Below, one piece after another: positions 9,314 to 19,582 of a DNA stretch of 51,371 bases (its first letter is position 1; each line of letters opens with the position of its first letter). The notes beneath the pieces were generated by a model. It did not search any database, was not told the origin of the DNA, and saw only the letters and a list, made by a program, of their open reading frames with translations. Both the position numbers and the translations under genes were made by a program. The stretch comes from Candidatus Gastranaerophilales bacterium (GTDB taxonomy: Bacteria; Cyanobacteriota; Vampirovibrionia; Gastranaerophilales; Gastranaerophilaceae): NCBI GenBank assembly GCA_944326125.1, contig CALVCR010000034.1, positions 1-51,371 on the forward strand, written 5' to 3'.

Positions 9314-11347
9314 TTATGCTCGTTTATTAAGAATCGCTTCTCTTTCACGTTCCTGATTTTCGTGAATTCTTCTTGTATTTGCATATGTTAATCTTGGAAT
9401 AAACCAACCTAAAATGTATGGTGAGATAAATACCATTGTGAGAAGAGCCGGAATAGAATTTAAGCCTCTGGCAAATGATGTTATGCCGTTACCCTTAGGT
9501 TTTTTAACGTTTTTCATTAAGTCTGTAACTAATTTGTTCAAACTTTCTTTATCGTTTGATTTCCCGAGTTTTTGCGCTTGTTCGCCAAATTTATCAAAGA
9601 ATTCTATTATTTTCTTGTTTTTATCGGATCTGTTCAAGTCTTTTAATTTAGATAAATCAAACGTTTTTTCATTAAATATTGTATTAGCAGTTTCAGACTT
9701 AGAAAGAATTTTTTGTAAATCGCCGTTATTATTATCTATATATTTGCAGAAGTTCTTCATTTTTTCTAAATTATCAACATTATTATATAGTGAAGATATT
9801 TCTGCATTAGTCAGTACATGAGCTTGGCTGTAAGGATTTAATAAATCCAGAGATGTTTTTAATTTGCTCATATTTCTGTCTTTATGCATTAATACAAAGC
9901 CGGAGTGGTTTTCATAAGAAGTAACAAATGCTCTGGTAAGCATTGGAACAACAAATACAACCGCTAAACTGGATGTAATATCTCTTATAAGTATTTCATA
10001 TAATTCAGTTAAATCCTTTTTACCTGTTACCTCATCCGTTTGAGCTCGATTATAAGCTCTCATTCCTCTAGGCAGTAATAATCCGAATAGCGATAATCCT
10101 GCCATTAAGGTATGTGTAAAGTTATGTCCGTCGTATTCTAACTCTGACGCAAATTTTTCATTTGTATGTTTAGATATGAATTTCCCTAATTTAGATAATG
10201 GCCCCTTTGAAGGTGCTTTTCCTTTAAAACTTACGGTACCTGTACCGGCAGCTTCTTGTTCAATTTCCAGATCTTTTTTTAGTTGTTCTTCTCGTTTTTT
10301 ATCATGCTCAAGTTCCAGTTCTAATTTCTTTTCCTGTTCTCTTATTTCTCTTAATTTATTAGCAGTTTGTGCACCTGGAGCAATATTATTTTTAGCATAA
10401 ATTTTCGGCAGTATTGATAATACTCCGAGAGTAGCGGCCATTGTTGATATATTGGCAATCATACGTTTAGCAATAGAACTATTTTTAAAGTTTTCTGCTG
10501 ATGCAGCATCAAGAGTATCCAGATGCTTGTTTAAACTAATAGCATCGTTGCTGTATTTAATCATTGCATCAATTGTATCTTTTGTAGAAAAAGCTTTTAT
10601 ATCTTTTAATTCATCGGAGCCGATTTTGATTTTTTGCAGCATATTTAAGTCAGATGATGTATTGTATCTGATATTGTCAATATGTTCTGAAATGTTTGCC
10701 AAACACTCTTTTCGATATTTACTCTTCCCGAACACTTTGTTTAATTTGGCATCGGCAGGAATGTTTTCATAATTTTTAAGTTGTTTAAGAATATATTCAA
10801 GACTTTCTTCTTTTACATTTTCTTTTCCAACTGAATCTTCGAGCATTTTGCGTATATTTTTCCTGAAGAATTCTTCTTTAAATTTATCTTTATTTTTAAG
10901 AAGTGATTTATCAAATTCAGGCTTTGAAATCATTTCTTTCAGGCTGTTGCCAAATCTTTTAATAAGTTGAGAATTTACACTTGTTGAACGACCAAATTTT
11001 GCAGCCAATGCAAACATAATAGGTGCTACAGCCATCATACACGGTCCTGTAAGTCCTTCTCTTCCGAGAACCTCAAATCCTTCTTGAATATTATAATGAC
11101 CTGTAACTTCTTTATCTCTTAAAAATGCAGCTCCAACACGCGGCATTGTCATGCCCAGGCAGTCCTGAATAAGGAATGAGACAAGGAACCCCCCATTTTC
11201 TACGCCTTGCATAAATCCGCCGGATGCGCTTAGAACACTTGTTAGCCCTGATCCGAAACTCGGGTTGTACTGTTTTGTAACGTTATTGTTCGGATTGTTA
11301 CCCGTTGAGCTTACTATTTGATTATTACTGCACTTTTCAACTTTCAA
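9314..11347 (-). CDS. Lineage-specific membrane-associated protein with an internal duplication
   Basis: 677-aa ORF, TTG start; two similar halves with hydrophobic segments joined by a charged coiled coil. Confidence 0.8.
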   Translation of the reverse strand: MKVEKCSNNQIVSSTGNNPNNNVTKQYNPSFGSGLTSVLSASGGFMQGVENGGFLVSFLIQDCLGMTMPRVGAAFLRDKEVTGHYNIQEGFEVLGREGLTGPCMMAVAPIMFALAAKFGRSTSVNSQLIKRFGNSLKEMISKPEFDKSLLKNKDKFKEEFFRKNIRKMLEDSVGKENVKEESLEYILKQLKNYENIPADAKLNKVFGKSKYRKECLANISEHIDNIRYNTSSDLNMLQKIKIGSDELKDIKAFSTKDTIDAMIKYSNDAISLNKHLDTLDAASAENFKNSSIAKRMIANISTMAATLGVLSILPKIYAKNNIAPGAQTANKLREIREQEKKLELELEHDKKREEQLKKDLEIEQEAAGTGTVSFKGKAPSKGPLSKLGKFISKHTNEKFASELEYDGHNFTHTLMAGLSLFGLLLPRGMRAYNRAQTDEVTGKKDLTELYEILIRDITSSLAVVFVVPMLTRAFVTSYENHSGFVLMHKDRNMSKLKTSLDLLNPYSQAHVLTNAEISSLYNNVDNLEKMKNFCKYIDNNNGDLQKILSKSETANTIFNEKTFDLSKLKDLNRSDKNKKIIEFFDKFGEQAQKLGKSNDKESLNKLVTDLMKNVKKPKGNGITSFARGLNSIPALLTMVFISPYILGWFIPRLTYANTRRIHENQEREREAILNKRA

Positions 11348-11525
11348 CTACACAAACCCTTTACCTAATATGTACACAATTTTATAAAGTATCTTGATTT
11401 ACGAGATTTGCTATTTTGTTACAAAATTCGGCAACATTGTTACAAAAATATGATTAAGTGTATTTAGTATACTTATTATTTTGATAAATTGCAAGTAAAT
11501 GCCTATTATTATTAACATTTATTAC

Positions 11526-11550
11526 AAAAAAAAAGAGTCAAAATGACTCT
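11526..11550 (-). terminator. Intrinsic terminator AGAGTCA-TTT-TGACTCT followed by a T-run
   Basis: Perfect 7-bp stem followed by 8 further T on the minus strand. Confidence 0.7.
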
Positions 11551-11590
11551 AAAAACTTTAATGTGTGAAGTGTAGTATAAATAATAGATA
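11526..11590 (-). ncRNA. Candidate small RNA with a Yfr1-like ACACUUCACAC motif (5' end uncertain)
   Basis: Orphan terminator preceded by ACACTTCACAC (11573-11563), 9/11 identical to the Yfr1 core ACUCCUCACAC. Confidence 0.3.
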
Positions 11591-11670
11591 TATGTGTATA
11601 GCGTTTTATAAATATCTTATATATATAAAGTCGTATTTATTTCTATAATTGCTTAATTTAAAATTTTTTC

Positions 11671-11688
11671 TTAACAAATCTTTACAAT
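11671..11688 (+). promoter_or_regulatory. HLR1-like direct repeat TTAACAAA-TC-TTTACAAT
   Basis: One mismatch to HLR1; the 15-mer ACAAATCTTTACAAT is identical to 43640-43654. Confidence 0.55.
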
Positions 11689-11742
11689 GGTGGATTTTTT
11701 TGTTTACACAATTAATAAATGATTAGCAGATGAGGAAACGGA

Positions 11743-12117
11743 ATGTTTTTAACTAATTTATTCAAATTAAATAAAAAATGCCAGCATGAGAGAGTTTCTC
11801 CGGAAGTCGAGCATGCCTATTGCCCCGATTGCGGAAAACTTATTAAGAATGAATGGTATATAACAAGATGTGCATGCTGCGGGGTAAAATTGAGAACTGT
11901 ACAGCGCGGGGATAAAATAGAGCCATTAAATCATTATTGTACAAATTGCGGTTCTAATGAATTTAAATTGGAAAAATTACCCAAAATTAATTTTATAGAT
12001 ATTAACTTTGCTGTTTTGCATAAAAGTGTTGTTGAGAATGAGCAGTCTGCGGCTTCTATACAATGCTGGCAGGAAAGAACAGATGTGCAGCCCAAATTGC
12101 TAATACAATACTTATAA
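11743..12117 (+). CDS. Small zinc-ribbon protein
   Basis: CQH, CPDC, CACC and CTNC motifs; GAGG SD. Confidence 0.75.
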   Translation: MFLTNLFKLNKKCQHERVSPEVEHAYCPDCGKLIKNEWYITRCACCGVKLRTVQRGDKIEPLNHYCTNCGSNEFKLEKLPKINFIDINFAVLHKSVVENEQSAASIQCWQERTDVQPKLLIQYL

Positions 12118-12574
12118 TATCGGATAGGATCCCTGTAGTCAGTGCGTATCTGAATTTTTTTATTCCTACTGAACCAAAGTACACAGTAAGTACATAGAAT
12201 GTTGTTTCTGAACTCCCTATCATTATAGCAGCCATTTTTGTTATGAAAGAATCGGCGCCATGTGATGCCGCCAGTTCTGAAAATAACCCGAGTGCTGCTG
12301 AGCCTGAAAGAGGACGGGTAATCATTATTGGTACAATATCTGCAGGAATAGAAAACTTATTAAGGATAAATCCGAAGAGGTTTGTAATCCATTCCATAGC
12401 ACCGGATGCTTTAAACATTGATATTGCTGCAATTAACGCAACAAGGTATGGAATTATTTTTATAGATACGATAAAGCCGTCTTTTGCACCTTCAACAAAT
12501 TCTTCGTATACGGGAACTTTTTTTAGTATTCCGGCAGTGAGTATTATTAAAATCATTAGAGGCAGTATAATCAT
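12056..12574 (-). CDS. spmB: Spore maturation protein B-like (nucleoside-recognition Gate domain) membrane protein
   Basis: KKVPVYEEFVEGAKDG, RPLSGSAA, GSSETTFYVLTVYFGSVGIKK; true start ATG 12574 overlaps the spmA stop (ATGA). Confidence 0.92.
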   Translation of the reverse strand: MIILPLMILIILTAGILKKVPVYEEFVEGAKDGFIVSIKIIPYLVALIAAISMFKASGAMEWITNLFGFILNKFSIPADIVPIMITRPLSGSAALGLFSELAASHGADSFITKMAAIMIGSSETTFYVLTVYFGSVGIKKFRYALTTGILSDIISIVLAIWAAHLFFPASIV

Positions 12575-13155
12575 ACTTTTTCCCTCCAGATTTTTCTTAA
12601 TATAAGTGTTATAGCAATTGATGCTATAAATGCCAGAGTTGTTACTATAAGTGTAGGAAGAATTATATCCGCGGGATTCTTTGCTCCTAAACCAGCCAGA
12701 ATTGCAATAACTGTCGCCGGAATTATTTGGAATCCTGCAGTGTTCATTCCGAGAAACATACACATCGGGTCGCTGGCAGTTTCTTTGTTCTGATTATCTT
12801 CCTGAAGTTCTTTCATAACTTTAAGTCCGATAGGAGTTGCTGCGTTTGTAAGACCCAGCGCATTTGCTGTAAGGCTCATTGTTATATCTCCAAGAGCGGG
12901 AGAATCTTTTTTAACATCTTTAAACAAAGGTTTAGCCAGGGGGTAAATAAGTTTTGATAGTATTTTTACCAAGCCTGACTTTTCGGCTATTCTCATTATA
13001 CCAAGCCAAAATGCCATAATTCCTATTAAAGACAGAGCTACTTTTACTGCTGTGTTGCAGGCTTCAAGTAAGGAATTTACAAGTTCCGGAACTGTTCCGT
13101 TTATTATAGCTGCAATTATTGATACACTTATTAAAATAAAAAACAAATAATTCAT
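12571..13155 (-). CDS. spmA: Spore maturation protein A-like (Gate domain) membrane protein
   Basis: GIMAFWLGIMRIAEKSGL, ANALGLTNAATPIGLKVMKELQ, QIIPATVIA. Confidence 0.93.
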   Translation of the reverse strand: MNYLFFILISVSIIAAIINGTVPELVNSLLEACNTAVKVALSLIGIMAFWLGIMRIAEKSGLVKILSKLIYPLAKPLFKDVKKDSPALGDITMSLTANALGLTNAATPIGLKVMKELQEDNQNKETASDPMCMFLGMNTAGFQIIPATVIAILAGLGAKNPADIILPTLIVTTLAFIASIAITLILRKIWREKV

Positions 13156-13237
13156 TAAGATTAATTTTAAGAAAAAAATTATTATTTGTCACTATTTTTA
13201 TATTAGTATATAATAAGTGTAAATGTAATAATTTAGG

Positions 13238-16200
13238 ATGTGGGATAGTAGTTATATGGCAGATCTTGATAACTTTTCAGAAATAAAAGAGAACTTTGAT
13301 ACAGTTAAGACTTTATTAAATTCTATAAGAGCACAGGGAATTCTTAATACATCTGATGTTGATAAGTTACTTACTGGTATTAATGAGAAATTGGAAAAAA
13401 TTAATACTGAAGAAGATATAGACTTAATAAAGATATTCTTGTCTGAATTAAAACAGAATCTTGATGAACGCCATAGTTTGCTTCTCTCTAAATTTGGGGC
13501 AATTGAATCACTGTTTGCAAACCTGTTAAAAAATAGCTCAGAAATGCTCAAATCTTCTGAGGTCAAAGAGTTATTTGATATTGTCGCAACAAATCTTTCT
13601 GTTTTTTCGAGAGAAGTTGTTTCTCAGAAAGAAGCCCTTACCGATATAACTCTAAGATTAGATGCTTTAAGATCTGATGACAGCCAGAAAAAAGAAATAA
13701 TCAAAAATATATCTCTTTTAAAGAATGATCTTGAAAGATTAAATAATGGTTTTGATTCAATAGTAGTAAGTTTAAATGATAACTTTAAAACAATAATTAA
13801 AACAATTACGTCTATTGATAAGACAGATTATTTAGATAAGTTTTCAGATGTTTTGTCTAATATTGAAATGTCCTCCAATACAGTTTTGTCGGCTTTACAA
13901 ATGCTCGATCAAAAGACTGTTCAAGTGGAAGATGCTCTTAAGAATCTTGCTACACAGGCTGATGTCACCTCTCAAAATGAGAGATTATTTGATTTAACTG
14001 CTCAAACAAGAGAACTTACCGCATCTGTTAATGACTTAAGCGATAAATATATTCGAATTGATAATCTTGCTGAAAAAATAGATGCTTCAGTTAATATTAT
14101 TGCAAGTTTGAAATCAACTTTAGCCGATGAAAGTGCTCAGAATGCAAAAGAAATTCTGTCTTCTTTAGAAAAACTTCAAACAGAGGTTTCTTCCATAAGT
14201 ACGGATGAAAAGTTTGAAGAGTTTAAAACTTCACTGGAAGGAGTCTTGAAAAATATTATAGACGGAACTTTGCTGCTGGATAAGAATCTTAAATTTTCAA
14301 CGGAAGAAATTCAAAAAATATCCGATGCAATAAAATCTCTGGATATAAATGTTAGTTTCCAGAATTTGCTTTCAAATTTAGGAAAAACTGAACTAAATAT
14401 AAAAAATCATATAGATGAAAGCTCTGAAAAGATTTCAAGCTTAAATGAAGTAAATATTACAAGGGTTTTAAACGCTATTTCCTCAGGAGCTGACACCTTA
14501 AGTTCAAAACTGAATGAAACACAATCCTCTATTGCGGTATTGTGTGAGAAAAATTTTGGTTCAGTATTTGAAAATATTTCGGATTTAAAAACTATAGTTG
14601 CTCAGCTGGATGAAAACAGTGTTTCAGCTAATAATGCTATATTTTCCAATATTACGGATAGACTTACTCTGTTTGAAAACGGGTTGAGAACCTCTCTTGA
14701 AACTCAGGAAAGAACAGTTTCAAACTCTTCAGCACAGCTTGTTGAGCAGATTGAAAATATTAAGAATTTAACAGGGGTGCTTGATTATAAAATGGATTCT
14801 TCCGTTGTTGAAACAGGCAATCTCAAACGGGAATTCTCAGATTTGAAAACCGCAGTAGAGAATGTTTTAGCACTGGATTTTGTAAATACTGTTAAAGATT
14901 TGAGAGTGGATTTGTATGCTTCAAAGCAAGAACTTTCAAATAGCATTGAAGGGGCAAATAGCGATCTTTCTGAAAAATTTACTAATGATTTGTATGGCAA
15001 GTATGAGCTTTTAATAAGCAAATTAGATAATGTAGAAGATGAGTTAAAAAAGGCACAGGCACTATCTTTAAGTGCATTGAAACCAGTTTTGGAAAATATC
15101 TCGGCTTCAATTGTTGATGTATTATCATATGTAAGTGAAACAAAGCCGGCTTCTACAGAAGATTTTGACTCAAAACTTTCCGATATTTCCAACGTTGTAA
15201 AAGAAAATAATCTCAGCTATATAGAAAATGTCAGAGATGTTGTTGATGTAATCAGAGTTCAGGTTGAGAATAATTTAAAAACTATACAGGAAGAATCTTC
15301 TGCAGAGTTAGATTTAGTTAAGCGTGCTATATCAGAAAACTCTGAAGACTTGAAAAATGAAATTAAATATTCTTATTCTAAGTTATTGGAAATCCAAGAC
15401 TCATACAAAGAAATTAAAGAAATTATATCTGTAAATAGTGTATCTTCTGATAATAAAATTGAAGGAATATTAGACGCTGCAGGTTCTTTAAAAAGTGATT
15501 TTGACTCTAAGCTGACAGCTCTTAAAAATTCACTTTTAGATAAAATTACCGATTATAAACAGGAATTTACCTGTGAAAATGCGGATAAACTAAGCGAATT
15601 GAAATTTTCTTTTGAGAATCTCTACGGTAAAAATACTCAGGAAATAATGGATCTTGTAGAGGAATTAAAAACTCAAATTTCACGTCTGTCTGATGATAAT
15701 TCTTCTGCGATGACAGGTATATTAGCTAAAATCCTTGAGAACTTTGTATCATTAAAATCTCTGATGAATTCTTTGAATGATAAGTATGCTGAAACTTTAG
15801 CTCAAAAAGTTGATGTTATACTTGAAGATTTTGCCGGATTAAAAAGTGTCTTAGATAAAGTTGATGAGAATGTCGACGGAGATATGACAAGACAGCTTTC
15901 TATTATTGAAAGTAACTTTGAGTCTCTTGTTTCTCAAATTACAATTCTTTTTGATAAGTCAGACAGATCTTTATCAGAGAAAATTGAAGAAGAGTTCGCA
16001 TCTATCTCAGATAAAATGCAGGTTGTTGTATCTGAAAAATTAGAAGGGTACAAGGCAAAAATTGAAGAAGTCTTTGATGCATTACAGGCTAAAGCGTTGT
16101 CTCAATCTGATTATTTAAAGGAGAGAATCTCAGATATTAATGCGGCGATGAAATCGGTTTGGGAAGAACAATCTGAAGAAAATATGAAGCAGATTGAAGA

Positions 16201-19200
16201 AATTGCCGGTACTCTGAAAGGTGTAATTGATGAAAATGTCAAGTTGACGGCCGCTGATTATTGTTCATTAAAGACTAAGTTAAATGAATTTGCAAAAAAT
16301 ATAGAAACTAACAATCAAGTTCTTACTCAGGATTTAAAAGCTCAGCTTGATGATATAACAAAATATATAGATTCAGTTCTTGATATTCAAGCGCAGGAAG
16401 TTTCGGTTAAGTATGATGATTTAAGTGCTAAATTAGATAATATAAGTGAAAAAGCTGACTCAAATAAACAGTCTCTTGATGCAAGTTTAAAATCATTAGC
16501 AGAAACTAATAGTTCAAATGTTACAACTATTATTAATTCTATTAATGAAGCCAGAAATGAAGCTGATTTAAATACAAAATCAACAAACGGGGTATTTTCA
16601 AATCTGTTCTCAGAAATGAGAAATATTATTAATACTTCGTTTAACAGAGTATCTCAGGATAACGAATCCTTAAAAACAAGTCTTGACGATGTAAAAACTG
16701 ATTTGAATAATGGTATTAATACTGTTTCGTATACTGTATCAGAAGGTTTCGATGCTTTAAATCAGCAATTGACAGACTCTTCTCTTGAAGCCGGCAAGAT
16801 GACTGCTAAGCTTGAATCCGGGCTTGAAGATCTCAAACAAGATCTGGATACGAAATCTGATACCGTTAATAAAACTCTAGTTACAGGTTTTTCAACTGTT
16901 GAAGAAGAAATAAAAGCTCTTGCTGATGACAATGCTTCACGGTCATATAGCTTAGAATCAGAAGTCGCAGATGTAAAAGATAGTTTGCAGCAGCAGTTCG
17001 ATGTTATTAAGTCTTCAAGTGCTGATCTTTCAGCATTAACTCAGATGACTGCTAATAATAATACGTTGCTTGAAAATATTGGAAATCAGTCAAGAGAACA
17101 GTATGAAGGCTCTATTTTACAGGCTCAAAACATACTGAGTGCTGTTAAATCAGTTGAAAATCGCGCAAATGAACAAATTTCTGCAGCTAACGCTGCCAAG
17201 ACTGAATTATCAGCTATAACTTCTCTGGTTGATAATAATAAGGCTCTTATTTTAGAGTTAAGTGATTCTCTTGCAGAAAAAGTTGATTCATTAATTTCAA
17301 CAAGCGCCGAAATATCTGCCGGAGAGCTTCAATCAATAGATTCTTATGTTAATAATTTATACGAACAGATTGAGGCTGAGAAGCAGAATGTTATAGCATG
17401 CAAGGATTTGATTATAGAATTCTTGCAAAAAGAACTGGACTCACTTTCTCAGAATGTTGAAAAAGAAACTGATACTGTTATTGGAGAATTAATTGATCAA
17501 TTTGACTTGCTTAAAAAGTCTCAATCTGATGAGACGGTTAAATTAACCAATCAAATAGAAGATATTATAAGCGGTCATATCTATAACAGTATTGAAGATT
17601 TAAAATCATTCTTTGATATTAAAACAGATACTTCTGTAATGCTGGGCAAGCTTGATAATTTAAAAATAGAACTCACAGATTCTGTTGATAAGCTGATTAC
17701 AAATCTAAATAAGCTTTTAGATACAAATTTATTTACATCAGCAATGTCTGATTACAAGGTCGCTGTAGAGCTCTTGATTAACTCTTCTGTTGAAGGCTTA
17801 AATGACAGAATAGAGGAATTTGTAAGTAAAAATATTGCTGATATCGGCGAATTAATTTCTGCGGACAGAAAAAATATTGAGGACAAGCTTGCTCTATTTG
17901 ATAAGAAGTTTATAGATACAGTTGTTGATAAGTACGAAGAAATCAAGCTTATTTCTAATAAATATAATGAATCTTTTAATGAAATAAATAACTCAGTAAA
18001 TGATATTATATCCCGCTTCGAAGATACAAAGTCAGGGGTTAATAATAAAATCGGTGAACTTGCGGCAACTATTAAGGCTTCCTGTGAAGCTAACGGCAGA
18101 CAGATTGATAAACTTCAGGAAAGTTTTGAAAATTTAAGGTCTCAGATTTCTAATAAATCGTTTGATGAAGCCTTCCAGGCATCAATAAATAAGCAAATTG
18201 CAGGTTTGGAAGATTTGATTCAGGAAGAGTTAGGTTATATACAAGATATTAGTGACTTATGCTGCAATAATCTGCCGGATGTAACAGAAATGAACACTCT
18301 TGTTAAGCATTCGGTTCTGAAATCAATAGAAGAATTCTCTCAAAAGCTGGATTCACAGGACATTGAGGGTAAGCTGGATACTGAACTTAAAGAGTTTAAG
18401 TCTGATATTATAACCCAATTTTTAAATGTATTTAATCAAATTTCATTTGTTGCGGAACAAGAAGAGATTCTTGATTTTATTCAGGAAAAACACTCTGAAT
18501 TAATTACTATATTGAGCCATATAGTAACTTCGGTAGATGTAATTGATGAAATAAGTGACAATGTTGTTGTAGTAGATAACAAGATTGACTCCTTGAAGGA
18601 TGATATCGAGCATATCAATGACAAAATTAACTCAATTATTTCTTCTGATGGTGACATTGATTATATTTACAGTCTTCAGGATTTAGAATCAGATATTGCT
18701 AACTTAAGACTTGTCCTGAATGAAATGAAAGAGAATGATCATGGCAATGAATTCTCGGATTTAATTACATCAACAAATGATATTTACAAATTAGTTGAAT
18801 CTATTAAATCCGAAATTCCTGTTAAGAAAGATCTTGAAGACATTGCGGAAGATATTGTAAGTATAAGTACAAGAACAAATAAGCTTATACTTGCCTCTGA
18901 TGAGTCTTATAAAACATTGCAGGATAACCTGCAAGACTTTAAGCTTGTTATCAATGACTTAGATGAAAGAACTAGAAATTTCCCGAGAGAAGCCGGTATT
19001 GATAAAATTGATTCAAAATTGAATTCTCTTAATAATATGATGGTATCAGGAGCTAAGACTAATCAGGTATTTAATCAAGTATTTGAATATCTTGCTGAAT
19101 GGGTTGATAATGCTAGTGTACAAATTAATGCGATTGCAGACAGAGTGGAAACTCTTGATGAAATCGATCAGATTAAGTCAATGCTTGCAGATTTAAAGGC

Positions 19201-19582
19201 TGAAGCGGAAGATGATTCTGAAAGTATTGAACTGGTTGAAGCTTTAGGAAACGTATTTGAAAAACAAACAAAACGAATTTCGTCATTGGAAGCAAAACTT
19301 GATAAAATAATAGTAGAAACGACAATAAACAATAAAAATAATAAAATTGACCTGACTCCGATGGAGGAAACTCTTAACAGATTCCTGGTGGCGGTGGATG
19401 AAAAAATGTCAGCGCAGCAGGATAAGATTAATTCTCTGGAGGCAAAGCTAGAAGGTGCATTAGAACTTTTGGACAACAAAGATACGGCCCAGCTTACTAA
19501 AAAAGTCGGAGGAATGGACAGACAAATAGCAAAATTAAACAAAAGTATCGAAAAAATAGCATCACATGTTGTTGAAAAGTAA
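13238..19582 (+). CDS. Giant (2114 aa) all-helical/coiled-coil protein of unknown function
   Basis: Uninterrupted ORF rich in E/K/L/S/N/D, almost no Pro, few Gly; no TM, signal peptide or Walker motif seen; the start may be 13256. Confidence 0.88.
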   Translation: MWDSSYMADLDNFSEIKENFDTVKTLLNSIRAQGILNTSDVDKLLTGINEKLEKINTEEDIDLIKIFLSELKQNLDERHSLLLSKFGAIESLFANLLKNSSEMLKSSEVKELFDIVATNLSVFSREVVSQKEALTDITLRLDALRSDDSQKKEIIKNISLLKNDLERLNNGFDSIVVSLNDNFKTIIKTITSIDKTDYLDKFSDVLSNIEMSSNTVLSALQMLDQKTVQVEDALKNLATQADVTSQNERLFDLTAQTRELTASVNDLSDKYIRIDNLAEKIDASVNIIASLKSTLADESAQNAKEILSSLEKLQTEVSSISTDEKFEEFKTSLEGVLKNIIDGTLLLDKNLKFSTEEIQKISDAIKSLDINVSFQNLLSNLGKTELNIKNHIDESSEKISSLNEVNITRVLNAISSGADTLSSKLNETQSSIAVLCEKNFGSVFENISDLKTIVAQLDENSVSANNAIFSNITDRLTLFENGLRTSLETQERTVSNSSAQLVEQIENIKNLTGVLDYKMDSSVVETGNLKREFSDLKTAVENVLALDFVNTVKDLRVDLYASKQELSNSIEGANSDLSEKFTNDLYGKYELLISKLDNVEDELKKAQALSLSALKPVLENISASIVDVLSYVSETKPASTEDFDSKLSDISNVVKENNLSYIENVRDVVDVIRVQVENNLKTIQEESSAELDLVKRAISENSEDLKNEIKYSYSKLLEIQDSYKEIKEIISVNSVSSDNKIEGILDAAGSLKSDFDSKLTALKNSLLDKITDYKQEFTCENADKLSELKFSFENLYGKNTQEIMDLVEELKTQISRLSDDNSSAMTGILAKILENFVSLKSLMNSLNDKYAETLAQKVDVILEDFAGLKSVLDKVDENVDGDMTRQLSIIESNFESLVSQITILFDKSDRSLSEKIEEEFASISDKMQVVVSEKLEGYKAKIEEVFDALQAKALSQSDYLKERISDINAAMKSVWEEQSEENMKQIEEIAGTLKGVIDENVKLTAADYCSLKTKLNEFAKNIETNNQVLTQDLKAQLDDITKYIDSVLDIQAQEVSVKYDDLSAKLDNISEKADSNKQSLDASLKSLAETNSSNVTTIINSINEARNEADLNTKSTNGVFSNLFSEMRNIINTSFNRVSQDNESLKTSLDDVKTDLNNGINTVSYTVSEGFDALNQQLTDSSLEAGKMTAKLESGLEDLKQDLDTKSDTVNKTLVTGFSTVEEEIKALADDNASRSYSLESEVADVKDSLQQQFDVIKSSSADLSALTQMTANNNTLLENIGNQSREQYEGSILQAQNILSAVKSVENRANEQISAANAAKTELSAITSLVDNNKALILELSDSLAEKVDSLISTSAEISAGELQSIDSYVNNLYEQIEAEKQNVIACKDLIIEFLQKELDSLSQNVEKETDTVIGELIDQFDLLKKSQSDETVKLTNQIEDIISGHIYNSIEDLKSFFDIKTDTSVMLGKLDNLKIELTDSVDKLITNLNKLLDTNLFTSAMSDYKVAVELLINSSVEGLNDRIEEFVSKNIADIGELISADRKNIEDKLALFDKKFIDTVVDKYEEIKLISNKYNESFNEINNSVNDIISRFEDTKSGVNNKIGELAATIKASCEANGRQIDKLQESFENLRSQISNKSFDEAFQASINKQIAGLEDLIQEELGYIQDISDLCCNNLPDVTEMNTLVKHSVLKSIEEFSQKLDSQDIEGKLDTELKEFKSDIITQFLNVFNQISFVAEQEEILDFIQEKHSELITILSHIVTSVDVIDEISDNVVVVDNKIDSLKDDIEHINDKINSIISSDGDIDYIYSLQDLESDIANLRLVLNEMKENDHGNEFSDLITSTNDIYKLVESIKSEIPVKKDLEDIAEDIVSISTRTNKLILASDESYKTLQDNLQDFKLVINDLDERTRNFPREAGIDKIDSKLNSLNNMMVSGAKTNQVFNQVFEYLAEWVDNASVQINAIADRVETLDEIDQIKSMLADLKAEAEDDSESIELVEALGNVFEKQTKRISSLEAKLDKIIVETTINNKNNKIDLTPMEETLNRFLVAVDEKMSAQQDKINSLEAKLEGALELLDNKDTAQLTKKVGGMDRQIAKLNKSIEKIASHVVEK

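Noticed and set aside
11418-11446. GTTACAAA repeated at 21-bp spacing upstream of the 677-aa gene
   Set aside because: HLR1 half-sites, but the spacing is not the canonical 10 bp; kept out of the site list
12575-12763. N-terminal extension of spmB in the ORF track
   Set aside because: Lies inside spmA; the ATGA-coupled start at 12574 gives the expected SpmB length
13238-19582. Calling the giant protein SMC/SbcC or a phage tape measure
   Set aside because: No Walker A/B, signature motif or hinge; no TM segments or phage neighbours
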